From positions 70,060,001-70,124,000 of the forward strand of contig NC_043007.1 of assembly GCF_006345805.1 (NCBI RefSeq): a DNA stretch of 64,000 bases, in the 5' to 3' direction. The position numbers were made by a program, and so were the translations under genes. This document shows positions 52,341 through 64,000 of the stretch, one piece after another. This DNA comes from Octopus sinensis. Lineage: Eukaryota. The notes under the pieces are model-generated. The model did not search any database and was not told the origin of the DNA. It saw nothing but the letters and a program-made list of their open reading frames with translations. Each line of letters starts with the position of its first letter. Positions within the stretch are counted from its first letter, which is position 1.

Positions 52341-54449
52341 AAGTAATACAATAATATATGGAGAAAAAGTATCGTTAACTTTCAAAATGAGCTCAGAATT
52401 CGCTCGGTTTGCAAAGCCATAAATAATAACACAGTCGGAATCACGATAAAAGAAAAGAAAGCTGATGGAGCAGAATCATTGGTGATCCTACCCATTTCTC
52501 GTCGCACTCAAGGATCATAAAAATTATTAAGATAATCCTTGATTTATTTTTTGTGGTAGATAAATAGTTCAATTACAGCTATATATTTATATTTATCTCT
52601 CATAATAAAAACTACATGACTTTTCATCTTGATATTGCGGATTTCTAATTCACTAATACCTTCTTTCTAATCTTTTGTTTCTAATCCACTAATACTACAA
52701 GCTTTAGCCTTTGCCAATTTCGCAGTGATCCTCATATTGACATTATTGTTTATGAGAGGAAGTTTCTCTTGCTTTTCAAAAATACATCCTGGATAAAAAT
52801 GGAATGGGGGATTTTGTTTGATATAGATAAGGATACTCATGATCTGGAGTGTGGGGTGTGTGACATTATTGTTTGATATATTTGCAATTTGTTGTAAAAA
52901 ATGGTTCCAGACGTTTATATAGGAGGTTTATCATGGATTATATCAATGTGAAATGCACCACACTTTTACGCTAAAATGATTTGTCCTACATACGTTCTCC
53001 AAGAATTTATGAATACTTTTCAGTGAACAATGAAGACAGGTTTACATGCAAAGCGTTGCTTTCTATTTTTTTTAATGCAACTTTAAGTTTAAAGTTTGTT
53101 GTGTAGAATGAATTCATAATAAAATTGATTTGTTCTGTTGTAATAGTCAAAGGAAATGCTGATACCGAAGACCATGTGCCTGTGACAGATACATTAATCC
53201 GTGTCTAGCTATCTCCCTACTTAGAACCAAATTGCCTGAGTGCATGTAAAGTTTTCAGAGCGTTAAACATTTGATCAAGAAACAGTATTTTCTTATTTGC
53301 TTAAGCCACAAAGAAAAATATGCACCAGTACCATGGAATCCAGACTACCGACAGCTGAACTTCTATAACATGGCTTCGGAAGCTAAATCTTAATTACAGG
53401 TTTGTTTCAGTTATAGAAATTATTTTCCAAAGGTTTCTAAGTCTATAATCCTTTGAACTACCTCACTAATTGACTCAATTTGTTTGTACTTCCAATCATG
53501 TAGGATTATTAAATCTATTTTTGGCTCCGTAGCTATTTCCCTTATTGATATCGCAATAATTAATAATTATATGTTGTTTAATTACAAACTGGGATTAAAT
53601 GATTTGCCAAAATTAGCTATATTCTTATCTAATGCACATTATCGATTATATTAACAGCTTCTACATACTCTTTGCCAAAGAGATCTGAAAATGGTATCTT
53701 ACATAAATATATAAACCCTCTCGACTGCGTTATTATTAGAAATCAGTTTGTTTTTTTATTTCTTTCTACACAAATCTCAGATATTTCCCAACATTTTTCA
53801 ACATTATTCTATGTTGAGAACTATGTAACAGTAGTGCACCTTGGAGTATATTTACCGATGTGACGTACATTAGTTGCTGAATGATATTTCTGCTATGCTA
53901 GACGCCTTTATATCAATATTAGTTGGTTTAAGCACTCCTTTATTTATATGCAATCTTATCTGAAAGAGTACTGACAGGATTTGTTAAGACAGGCTCATAA
54001 TTTGAACGTTCTCATGCATTTTTGAGGATTTGAATTCTTCACTACAATCCAACCAGCCACGCATTTAATTATACATTTATTCTTATTTTTTATGTAGTTG
54101 AGTTGTGATATATCCTGAATTCAACCCAATCGGTCTGACCTTTTAACAAACGTTCAATCCTGTGGAGACTAAACAATGAATATCGCCTTCTTAAAGCTAG
54201 TAGTGTGCGAATTATGAGACATATGGCTGTTATTTCTAGCATGCTGAAGAACTGCATTAAAGTATTTACAGATAAATAGACTGAATTAGTAAATACTATG
54301 TTACTTATATCATTATAAGTCTTTATATTGTTATATTTTAAACCATCAAATTCTGGTCGGTTCATCCTAATAATAGAAAAACTTACTTGATCGAGATTAG
54401 TAAGTAGATATATTTACTTCTGGTCGGAATTATAGCTACACTTTGTTAC

Positions 54450-54775
54450 TAACCTCATATTTCTAACCATTTTACTCGTTCCTTAAAATATTTAATATAT
54501 GCCATCAAATGCAATGAATGCTGGAAAGACTACATTAGACAAAGTAAACTTAATTTAAGAATGAGATTAAATATTCATCGTCAACAGATATGTAATCCCA
54601 AAACTAGACAAATTCTACTTAGTGAACATCTGGATACATGCACGAAAACCAAGTCTCCCAAATTTCTTTTCTTCCTACTTAATCAATGTGCACAGAATAC
54701 TCCAGACCAAGCAAGAATTAATAACGATAAGTTCGTTTATTAAAAATGCAAGCCACCGCTGAACAGGCTATAACA
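54450..54775 (+). mobile_element. Penelope-like element GIY-YIG endonuclease relic
   Basis: In frame with ORF 54561: SLKYLIYAIKCNECWKDYIRQSKLNLRMRLNIHRQQICNPKTRQILLSEHLDTC... (xIY-CxxC-YIG-R-H pattern), ending KCKPPLN. Confidence 0.8.
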
Positions 54776-54959
54776 AACATCAGTAATATACGATCTTCTT
54801 AGCCTACGAATTAAATATTGTAGAATGTCGGCTTGGGATCGTTCTTAAGAAAACCAAAATACCTGTAGCAGCTATCATTTACCTTATTTACTCCGCATCA
54901 CGTTATCTTATTCACCCCACATTTTGTTAACAAAGAAGGGATATACAGTTCTATTTTTG

Positions 54960-55173
54960 AGAGATGAGGAATTATGTACATTATTTACATTTTTTACAAT
55001 TGACAGATATATGTCCTCATCTTGTTTTGGCTGATATACCCTCCAGCCTGGGTTCTCATTCCTAATGTATTTTTCGATGTTGTTTTTAATATTATTTTTA
55101 GGGTCGCTGCCTGGAATCGAACTCGGAATCTTGGGGTTAGTAGCCCGCGCTATTAACCACAGCGCTATATGCC
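54960..55173 (-). mobile_element. tRNA-headed SINE-like segment forming the 3' region of the adjacent Penelope fragment
   Basis: Minus 55173-55101: GGCATATAGCGCTGTGGTTAATAGCGCGGGCTACTAACCCCAAGATTCCGAGTTCGATTCCAGGCAGCGACCC (A-box-like, B box GAGTTCGATTCC), then a GGCTG-GAGGGTATAT-CAGCC hairpin and an AT-rich tail. Confidence 0.7.
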
Positions 55174-55206
55174 AATGGAGTGAATTATGGAGTGAATTTT
55201 AGGGCT

Positions 55207-55524
55207 TATAAATCTAATATTATCCTATCCTTCCTTAATACCGGTTCCCGTATGCTGTTCATATTTGCACTCAGTGTGCTTAGGAGATTGTTGTGTCCTA
55301 GCATATGTGCTGCTTCTTTTAGTTTTCGTATTTTCCAGTGATGTTCTCTGTCTATTATTTTAACTTCATCTCACAGGGGGATGGTGGTCTCCATTTTTCC
55401 ATACATGATCAGCTATACCCGATTTATCAATATCTCCCCGTGTCACAGCTTTGCGATGTTCCTCTACCCTTTTGAAAAATGGCGACCACCAAGATGCGGA
55501 CCAATATCCGTCAAATGTAAATAA
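55207..55524 (-). mobile_element. Penelope-like element GIY-YIG C-terminal fragment with an inverted 3'-tail piece at its 5' truncation
   Basis: Minus strand: PFFKRVEEHRKAVTRGDIDKSGIADHVWKNGDHHP/L*DEVKIIDREHHWKIRKLKEAAHM (one frameshift, one stop). 55489-55524 (+) caagatgcggaccaatatccgtcaaatgtaaa is an inverted copy of ~54995-55027. Confidence 0.82.
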
Positions 55525-55805
55525 ATTAAAGAAGGGATATGTTTTAACATGTTCAATGAGAGGAAACTAGCACTAATTCTTCTTCAACGAATAATAAACA
55601 ATAACTATCCATAGCACATTTATGTAAACAATGATTATATCACTTATTCATCTCTCTTTTTTTCTAAATGTCACATGACATATGTGATCTTCTCGTGCGA
55701 CTGCCACATAAGTTTTATGCATGAACGTTAACCAGTCAATTTATACGTTAACGAATAGCGTTCTGAGCGCCACATTCCTACTCATATATATATATTCCTA
55801 CTTAC

Positions 55806-55876
<71 letters not shown>

Positions 55877-55995
55877 AACCATCCATCTGGGTTTGGGCTT
55901 AGAAGATTTAATAGTCATAAATAGAGTTATAATTACAAATTAATAAATTACAGCACAATACATTATTGAATATATGCAGTGCTTCGAAGAAATTA

Positions 55996-56043
<48 letters not shown>

Positions 56044-56309
56044 TATATATATGCCGGCTGTTTACATTCTGAATTTAAATCCTACTGAGGACAGTCTTGG
56101 CTTTCGTCCTTCTGGGATTTCTGAAATGACATAACAGTCAAATTCTGCAGTAGATTTAGATGATTGGCTCCTCGCCACAAATTTATAACCATGTTCCTAT
56201 GTTAGAAATTATAGCTCTTACATAGAAATTAGATTTATTCAGCAGAATATTGATTAAAACTGTTGAGCAAGATTTCAGTCTACCCCCAAAACAGTCTTAC
56301 AAATTACTA

Positions 56310-56830
56310 TTATTGGTTTCAAATTTTGGCACAAGGCCAGACATGTTGGGGATGGGATTAAGTCGATTACACTAAATCCAGTGTTCAACTGGTACCTATT
56401 TCATCGACTTCGGCGGAATTTGAACTCAGAACGCAAAGACAGACTAAATACCTATTTCTTTACTGCTCACAAGGAGCTACACACAGAGAGGGCAAACAAG
56501 GACAGACAAACGGATGAAGTCGATTATATCGACCCCAGTGCGTAACTGGTACTTAATTTATTGACCTTGAAAGGATGAAAGGCAAAGTCGACCTCGGCGG
56601 AATTTGAACTCTGAACGTAACGTCAGACGAAATACCGCTAAGCATTTAGCCTGGCGTGCTAAAGTTTCTACCAGCTCGCCTTCTTATAAATTAATTATAT
56701 TGGTTTCAAATTTTCGAACAAGGTCAGCAAGATCGTAAGTAGAGCGTAAGTCGGTTACATCGGGCCCCAGTGTTTAACTGGTACTTATTTCATCGATCCC
56801 GAAAGAACGAAAGGTAAAGTCAACCTCGGA
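56310..56830 (-). mobile_element. OK-like SINE cluster: dimer (56310-56690) plus partial copy (56700-56830)
   Basis: Head-core-tail A-core-tail B on the minus strand, then another tail B/core fragment. Confidence 0.87.
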
Positions 56831-57599
56831 AAAATACAAATGATTAATACTAAAATGTAGAAACCATTATAATAGCGAATTGATCAACAAACTGATCTTT
56901 TTGCGAAGTAACAAAATATATGTGACGTGCCATCTTCGTTTAATCCTACCAAACAATTAACCAAAAAATGTTTCATAATGATCTTCATTAAAATGCTAAT
57001 CTATGTTTCTCAAAAAGGATTAATAGCAAATAAAACGACAGATTCTATCACGATATTAATTTTTCTTTAAAAAACGAAATGTTTAATTTATTAATTACAA
57101 ATGTATGAAGAAAGGAAAATCAAAGAAATTGTCATACCAAATAGCTTATTGATGCAATGCCGGATGAATGCAAATAGTTGGCTGCGGGGTCGGGTTCGAT
57201 CAAGCAGGAAGGCTACATTTTATACATTCTTTCTAATTAATTTCGAAGAAAATATTGGTAAACTTATCAGTTGGAATACATTTCTTCTTCTTGTGGTGCC
57301 TACCGAACTTACCTTGCTGCACATGTACAATAAAATGTTCGCTTGACCAACTAAAATTAGCCATCAAACTTTTCAAATCACATCTTGTTGTCTTAAAAAA
57401 AGGCGAACCGCCATGGATAATGTACTTCAAGACATAACGATAAAAGAAAAGCTGGTCGTGGTTAGAACTCTTGATCGTGACTCTGACCAGAGGCTAAAAA
57501 ACAACAGCTATAATAGCGGTTGTCTCTCTGATTAGTTTTTTTTTTCTGAGGAGTCATTTCGATTGGTTGATTTACAGCTGATTGGATCTGTGACGTTTA

Positions 57600-58400
57600 G
57601 ATCAGTAGCCAATTCTTGGCTGTAGAAGATAATTCCGTTTAAGTGACAGAAAGTGGAGAGCTACTCTCCTGAAGTGTACCCCTTTCACTGCTGTTCAAGT
57701 CGAGGACCTCCAACTTACCGTCCGGGTTCGTGCAGATTGAACGTATCTCGAGATTCTGACCTGCATTCCAGATCGATTCAGAAATACATAAATCTCAAGG
57801 TTATCATAAATTTGCCCTATGGCCCATGCGTCGGAAATTCTTCTCGCTGATGGCTAGGTAAAAAAGGAAGAATAAAAGATGGACACCTACCCAAACGAAT
57901 TTTTGAAAGCAGTCAAGTGTGTTAAAATGATTTCTTTGTGTGGAGTCCCTTGGTGAAACTCTGAAGTAGTCTGTTCAAGGTCATGTGAGAGACTCTCTTT
58001 CATTTCCCTATATTTATCTACTGGCAGCCTTACCAATTTCTCGTCCTCCAGAATTTTCACTTCTTTTCCCGAAAGTCTGCCCGCTGTCTCTACTTCTCTT
58101 CTTTGCTCCATGAAAAAGAGAAGTCCTATATTTTTTCTTCTTACTAACACAAATTTGGAAGCGGGTGCAATTTGTTGGAGATATGGTAAGAGTTGTGTAT
58201 TTAATTGGCGTTGCTTTTTGTTCAGTTTATTGTTGGGTTTGTGAGGTCTCGAGAGCAGCCCACGAAAGTCTTTCTTTTTTTGAAAAATTTTTCTTTGAAT
58301 GTTTTTGTGTCTTTGGTATTCCATTATTTACACGTTTTTCTTTTTGTAATTCGTAACCTCATCGTCCTGTGCCGTCCAAAAGTTTTTGAAAGCATTCTTG
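57600..58400 (-). mobile_element. Possible LINE ORF1 (gag-like) relic
   Basis: 145-aa basic ORF (58324-57887) followed by a degenerate RG(H)LQ..(C)P knuckle-like remnant; no firm family match. Confidence 0.3.
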
Positions 58401-58463
58401 TAGTTGTTAGAATGATGGGTGAATTTGGAGAACCCTTTGAAATAGATATATAAACTTCAAATA

Positions 58464-58695
58464 CAGGCGGTGAGCTGGCAGAGACGTTAGCACGCCGGGC
58501 TAAGTGCTTTGCGGTATTTCGCCCGTCGCTACGTTCTGAATTCAAATTCCGCCGAGGTCCACTTTGCCTTTCATCCTTTCGGAGTCGATAAATTAAGTAC
58601 CAGTTACGCACTGGGGTCGATGTAATCGACTTAATCCGTTTGTCTGTCCTTGTATTCCCCCTCTATGTTTAGCCCCTTGTGGGTAGTAAAGAAAT
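58464..58695 (+). mobile_element. OK-like SINE monomer (head-core-tail A)
   Basis: ggcggtgagctggcagagacgttagcacgccgggc...ttctgaattcaaattccgccgagg...gccccttgtgggtagtaaagaaata. Confidence 0.92.
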
Positions 58696-59565
58696 ATATA
58701 TATACTTCAAATATTAGATAAAAATACTTCAAACAAGTATCATATCAATTATAGGAAGTCAGGACCGCAATCTTTCTTGTCTGAGTATCACCTGAGAATC
58801 ATATGTCACATCATTTTGAGGTTTCGACTACAGAATCGGTCGTTTCTGGTATTTTTTCATATTAATATTTCCAGGTTAGTTTTAAATGTTACGTCACTAA
58901 TAGGATAGAAACTGTTAAAAATCACAAACTTGACATAAAACATTACAGTCGCCACTAATTTTTTGTTAAATATTTTTTGGTTGTGATTCTTAGATTCTGT
59001 CAAACATGATAACCTCAAAGTGATGTTGCGCTATTTTCGTTGGTTGGAAATTTTAAAATGTCACTATGAACATTAGGCCACAAGTAAATATTTCTCATGG
59101 AAAAACTCCCGTGGGTTTTTCACTGTTTTGTTAATTAATTGTTTTCTCTGAAAGATATCGTTAACTATATTATTTTATAGCCTCTCATTAAGATAACATT
59201 CTGACAATAGAATTCTCTTGGAGTCACTGGTGAATTCGGCAACAGGGTAAAAACCTGCGAAGTAGTTTTTCAAAGGGAAAACGCTTTTAATTACTATAAT
59301 GTTCTCTAGCATTGACAAAATACCGCACACATTTTTAGGGGACAGTCGATTAAATTCATCCCTAACTAATAATTATTTAATTGACCCGGAAATATGAAAG
59401 GCAACGTCGATTCCAGTAGGATTTGAATTCAAAAGATGAAAGGGGATGAATATAATACCACATGCGAAATATTTTGTCCCCTATTCTACAGTATACCACC
59501 GTACTACTACAACTACTACTACTACTACTACTACTGTTGTTGTTGTTGTTATTATTATTATTATA

Positions 59566-59942
59566 AAGTAGCTTGCTTACCGACTACATGGTTCAGGGTT
59601 CAGTCCCACTACGTGACACCTTGGGCAACTGTCTTCTACTATCGCCTCGGGCCGACCAAAGTCTTGTGAGTGGATTTGGTAGACGGAAACTGAAAGAAGC
59701 CCGTCGTATATATGTATATGTATGTATGTGTGTGTATGTGTTTGTGTGTCTGCGTTTGTCCTCCCAACATCGCTTGACAACCGATGCTGGTGTGTTTACG
59801 TCCCCGTAACTTAGCGGTTCGGCAAAAGAGACCGATAGAATAAGTACTAGGCTTACAAAAAATAAATCCTGGGGTCGATTTGCTCGACTAAAAGTGGTGC
59901 TCCAGCATGGCCACAGTCAAATGACTGAAAAGAGTAAAAGAG
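59566..59942 (+). mobile_element. OR1-like SINE, nearly full length
   Basis: aagtagcttgcttacc...ggttcagtccc...ccttgggcaa...ctccagcatggccacagtcaaatgactgaaaagagtaaaag. Confidence 0.92.
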
Positions 59943-59959
59943 ATATGCTTTATTAGTTA

Positions 59960-60800
59960 GCAAGGATGTCAAACTTTTTCTCAGGAGTTTGGTGACAAGT
60001 CTTCTAAAATCTCAAAAATCTTTCTAAGGATTCCTGCAGAATACAGGAGGATACTTTTCTGCGGGTCAACAATGCAGATCCCAATTCCAGTCTCTTAGGT
60101 AGCAGTTTGGGTGTTGTGCCAAGTGCATAAATTACCACAGGAATAATTATCGCTTTAGTCATCCACAATGTCTTCATGTCTCCAGTTAAATCCTAATATT
60201 TCACATTGTTCATAACTTCTTTGGTACCCACTGGATTATCGTATGGTATTGTACTGTTTCTTACACTATTTCTTTCTCTTGTTCGCTATAATCATATCTG
60301 ATCTTATTGCTTCATTAGCATGACCAGTCCTTATGGAGAAAGTTCATAAAATCTTGTAATTCTTATTTTCTATCACAGCTTTTCTACTACTTTTAATTTA
60401 CCACTTTTCTACTACTTTTAATTTACAAAATCGGTTAATATCCCAATGTATCCTTTTACCTACACACTCATGTCTAGGCTTATACTCTTTTTGTTTTAGA
60501 TCACTGCATTCATTCAGGAGGTGGTTAATACTTTCGTCTTGTTTCCAAAAAAATTTACATTTGCTCTCTGGTTGAATTTTATCAATCTTTGCCTTTATCA
60601 AATTTGTCTTAATGACTTATTCCTGAGAGGCTATAATTAAATATAGGACTAGTTAAAAATTTTCAAAATAATGGTGTTTCTCATTTTTTTCCATTTCTTT
60701 GGCATCAACTCTGCTATCATAGGGAATTCCAAGATTTATGATCTTGCATTGTTTGTTTATTTTATCCTCGATATTTATGTCTGATCTTCTTGCCTCACTA
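59960..60800 (-). mobile_element. R4/Dong-clade LINE 3' relic (CCHC knuckle and REL endonuclease)
   Basis: IKAKIDKIQPESKCKFFWKQDESINHLLNECSDLKQKEYKPRHECVGKRIHW, then a disrupted endonuclease region. Confidence 0.8.
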
Positions 60801-60879
60801 GTATGGTTAGTCTCTATGGCTTAGTCCTAACTATTATTATTATTATTATTATTGTTGTTGTTGTTGTTGTTGTTCACTT

Positions 60880-61800
60880 AACTTCTGATTTGTCTACGTC
60901 AGGCCTCAGCTCCATCCCGTAGCTCAGTGTCGCAACACTTTCCCCAACACATGAGCCGTTCCAAATATTGCTGCCATCTGAATATTTCCTATGAAGTTTA
61001 GTATCTGCACCTTTTGATGCCACAATAGAGATCTTTTTTGATATGGTCTCAGTTGTACCTATCACAAAAGGTACCACACTCACTTTTGAGGTTCTATGAA
61101 CACTTTTCACTTTCAATCCTAAGTTTTGGTACTTCCGGACTTTCTCGTCCTCTGTTTTTACAATATTCTGGTCTGTAGGCATGGCAACGTCGATGCACTT
61201 CATTCGTTGAACTCCTTCAGTAGGAGGGAAATATCTGGTCGGTTATGTTGAAGCTTTTGTCTCTGTATATCGGCATATCCCACATGAGTTTTACCCGATC
61301 ATTCTCTGCTACTGGCAAAGGTCGGTACTCATACCACTTGCTGGAACATTCTAGCCCATACTTCTTGCACAACTCTCAGTGTATTTGAATAGCTATTTTG
61401 TCACAGCGTTTTTGTACTCCTTTTAGACTGGATTTGAGTCCTATCATCAAAAGTGCGTCGCAGGACGGTTATGTCGCTTTGCGCGCACGTTGGTTATGTC
61501 CCTAATCTATAATCTTACCTGGTGTCACTGCTACGCCAGAAATTTCTGAAAGCTAGCCATAATACCCGGGCTGAAAATTCTCGCAACAGACCTCTTGATA
61601 TTCATCGATACCTAGAGTTTCCTCCAAAATGTCGCTCTTTTCTACCTCTAATTCTCTGTAATATCCTCCCTTAGAATTTTCTTCAATCTCATTACCTGAG
61701 CTTTGAGCGCCTGGCAAATCTCCAGATGATAAACCTTCAGTTCTTCGTAAGCGAGACGAGCTGTACAGAAACGTGTCTGATACCATCTCTAGAGTGCCTT
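60880..61800 (-). mobile_element. R4/Dong-clade LINE 3' relic ending in (AAC)n(AAT)n
   Basis: LRRTEGL..., HNRPDI, CIDVAMPTDQNIVKTEDEKVRKYQNL...VVPFVIG (PD..D..EK..KY REL signature); tail at 60830-60875. Confidence 0.82.
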
Positions 61801-62408
61801 CATTAATGTCATCTCTTTATATTGACTGTCGACCTATAACTACGGAAACTGTAGGAGTTAAATGGTGAACTGGGAACAGGTGAACTGTTGGAGTATGGTC
61901 AGCCATTAGTTTAAAGGCACCACCTTTGTTAACTCTCACATCCAGCACCACTCTCCAGATTTAGAAAAACCCTCCGAGCCTTTTGAACTAAAAACCTCTC
62001 CGGAGCATCACTTCTATTCCACTTGCAGATGCAAACCAATTATAAGAGGCATATACCGTAGAGTTATTGAAGATGGTTAAGAACGTGAACGTTCCAGAAA
62101 CGTTCAGTCTCGCTTATAGCTACTATATCTATATCAGTGGTCACTGAGCAAGTGATCTTGCTTCTAAAACAGTCCTAGTTCACGTAAATTTATTCTTACT
62201 CTGACTTAAGCTATGATGAAAAATGGTGATGAAAATATCAGTTTCTTTAGACTTGTGAAAAACGGGCAACCTTGTTTTGTCTGTCAATTCTGTCCACTGT
62301 TTCGCTTCAGACAAATGCTGGCCAGTTATCTCGTAGGTCCAGTCTCAGTCAATGAATGCAATGGACTCCAGATCTACGGTTAAAGTAGATCTGGAAAGTA
62401 AACTCACA

Positions 62409-62446
<38 letters not shown>

Positions 62447-62447
<1 letters not shown>

Positions 62448-63250
62448 CCTCTTCTTTCAATTTTACTTCCATTTCTTGCTGAGTGTCTTCCCGACATCTA
62501 GGGCAAAGAAACTCACTGTATACATTGGTAGGCCATTAAAATAAAGACATCAGATTGCTTACTTACAAAGTCATGTGATAAAAAAATGGAAGAAAGACTG
62601 GAAGGGAGGAAAACAAACGAAAAAAATGTAAAAATAAAAATAAAATAAAAGAGGAAAAGTAAAGAATATTTACAGCAACAATGCTCTTGTGTGACGTTCC
62701 AGTTAAGATAATCTTTTGTACTTCCTACACGGATGGTAAGCGAGGGATCATCCTCAAATAATTTTCAGTTCCTTTTTTTATCATTCCAAGTGCTCCTACA
62801 ATCATTGGTTTTGTAACCGTCTTGAGATGCCACATTTTTTCAATTTCAATCAGCAAATCTTTATATTTTTTGAGCTTAACAAATTCTTTTGCCGATAATA
62901 TTATGATCACAAGGTATGCTCACGTCAGTCAATAAACAGACTTTATTGCTTTGGTATTTCACAATATCTGGTTTATTAGTTTTTATGGTCCGATCTGCAT
63001 GTACTGGAAAGTCCCAAGGAATCTTAACATTTTCTTCCTCAGTTACAGCCTCAGGATATTGCTTCCACCATTTGTCAGCAGTTTTGATTTTATAATGCCG
63101 ACATATTAACCAGTGTCGATATTGGCCAATTCTGTCATGTCTTGATTTATAATCTACAGGTGCTAAAACCGTACACCTAGAGATTAGGCGGTCCACTGTT
63201 TCAAGCTCATCGTTGCAGTATCGGCACTTTGTATCTTCCCCCATTTTTCA
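62447..63250 (-). mobile_element. R4/Dong-clade LINE 3' end, best preserved copy, abutting (TAA)n
   Basis: KCRYCNDELETVDRLISRCTVLAPVDYKSRHDRIG...WDFPVHADRTIKTNKPDIV...CLLTDVSIP / KLKKYKDLLIEIEKMWHLKTVTKPMIVGALGMIKK; the 3' UTR ends at the (TAT)n run 62408-62446. Confidence 0.9.
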
Positions 63251-64000
63251 TCACATTGGTTCGGTCTTCTTCTTCTTCTTTTTCTTCTTCTTCTTCTTCT
63301 TCTTCTCATCATCATTATTGATTTATTTATTATCGATGTTGTTTAATAAAAGTCAAAGTCTCCTATAATATGGCGATCTTTATAACATCCTGTCGCCAAG
63401 ACAGTGTTCACTGTCATAGTACTAACTGGTAATGTTTGTTTGTTTCCCTGGTTACAGAGTTCTTTGTTTTAAGGAAAATAAAAACCAAAAGTAGTAAGTC
63501 ATGCCTTTCTTACAGTGAAGTGACTACATTCTATGTTCGACTGGTGCCACAGATTGTACCACAAATTACAGACATTGATTTATTGTAACTTAATATGGGT
63601 GTCTACATTTTCTGTATAAGCGGAGAATATGCCGCCTGAAAAATTAGTAGTAGCTTTTGTTTGGCTTCATTCCCAAATGTACATATAGAAAATCTTCGAT
63701 ACACGTTTGCTTCTGGTTCCATCTAAAATCAGTTACTGTTCTGTTGGATTATTACTTTTGGGATAATTTTGCTTTTAGTACTTGGCTCTAATATATCACT
63801 GGTATTGGCACCAATTCCTAAGAAATAAAAAGCAAAATAAAGATGAGGTAACTAAAACATCAATGTGTGGTACGTTCCTCAGGTTTTGTATTTATGGTTT
63901 AAGACAGACCTAGATATAAAGGTTAAAATTTCACTCTTCTATTTTAACCAAACTATTGTATTTAGGGTCCACATCTTTCAATGAGGAAAATCAAAGTAGA

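Noticed and set aside
55101-55173. tRNA gene candidate (CT-ACT-AA loop)
   Set aside because: The anticodon stem has only 3 bp, the acceptor stem does not pair, and it continues into a SINE-like body; treated as a tRNA-derived head. The same applies to the OK and OR1 heads.

Overview
AT-rich eukaryotic DNA that is dense in microsatellites and transposons. It is almost certainly from an octopus-like coleoid cephalopod, inferred from the two dominant tRNA-derived SINE families (resembling the octopus OK and OR1 SINEs) and the extreme simple-repeat load. The only cellular coding sequence I can support is the first coding exon (4949-5288, +) of a THIK/KCNK13-12-like two-pore-domain K+ channel. It ends at a phase-1 GT donor inside the pore-1 filter motif (T-I-G|F-G). 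I found no second exon by eye, so 5289-64000 is most likely one intron of >58 kb. That intron holds two internally deleted Tc1/mariner elements, two hAT-type MITEs, more than 20 SINE copies, and relics of L1/Tx1, RTE and R4/Dong LINEs plus at least three Penelope-like elements. The most notable unannotated signals are (i) hammerhead-ribozyme motifs, two with complete cores (24506-24573 on -, 25920-25964 on +, i.e. sense to the channel pre-mRNA) plus several decayed relatives; (ii) a Penelope 3' end carrying a tRNA-like Pol III head and a hammerhead-like hairpin remnant; and (iii) several long inverted repeats that would form dsRNA in the pre-mRNA. Nearly all long ORFs in the supplied track are microsatellite artefacts. 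All protein and RNA family assignments come from motifs I recognised by eye; no searches were run.
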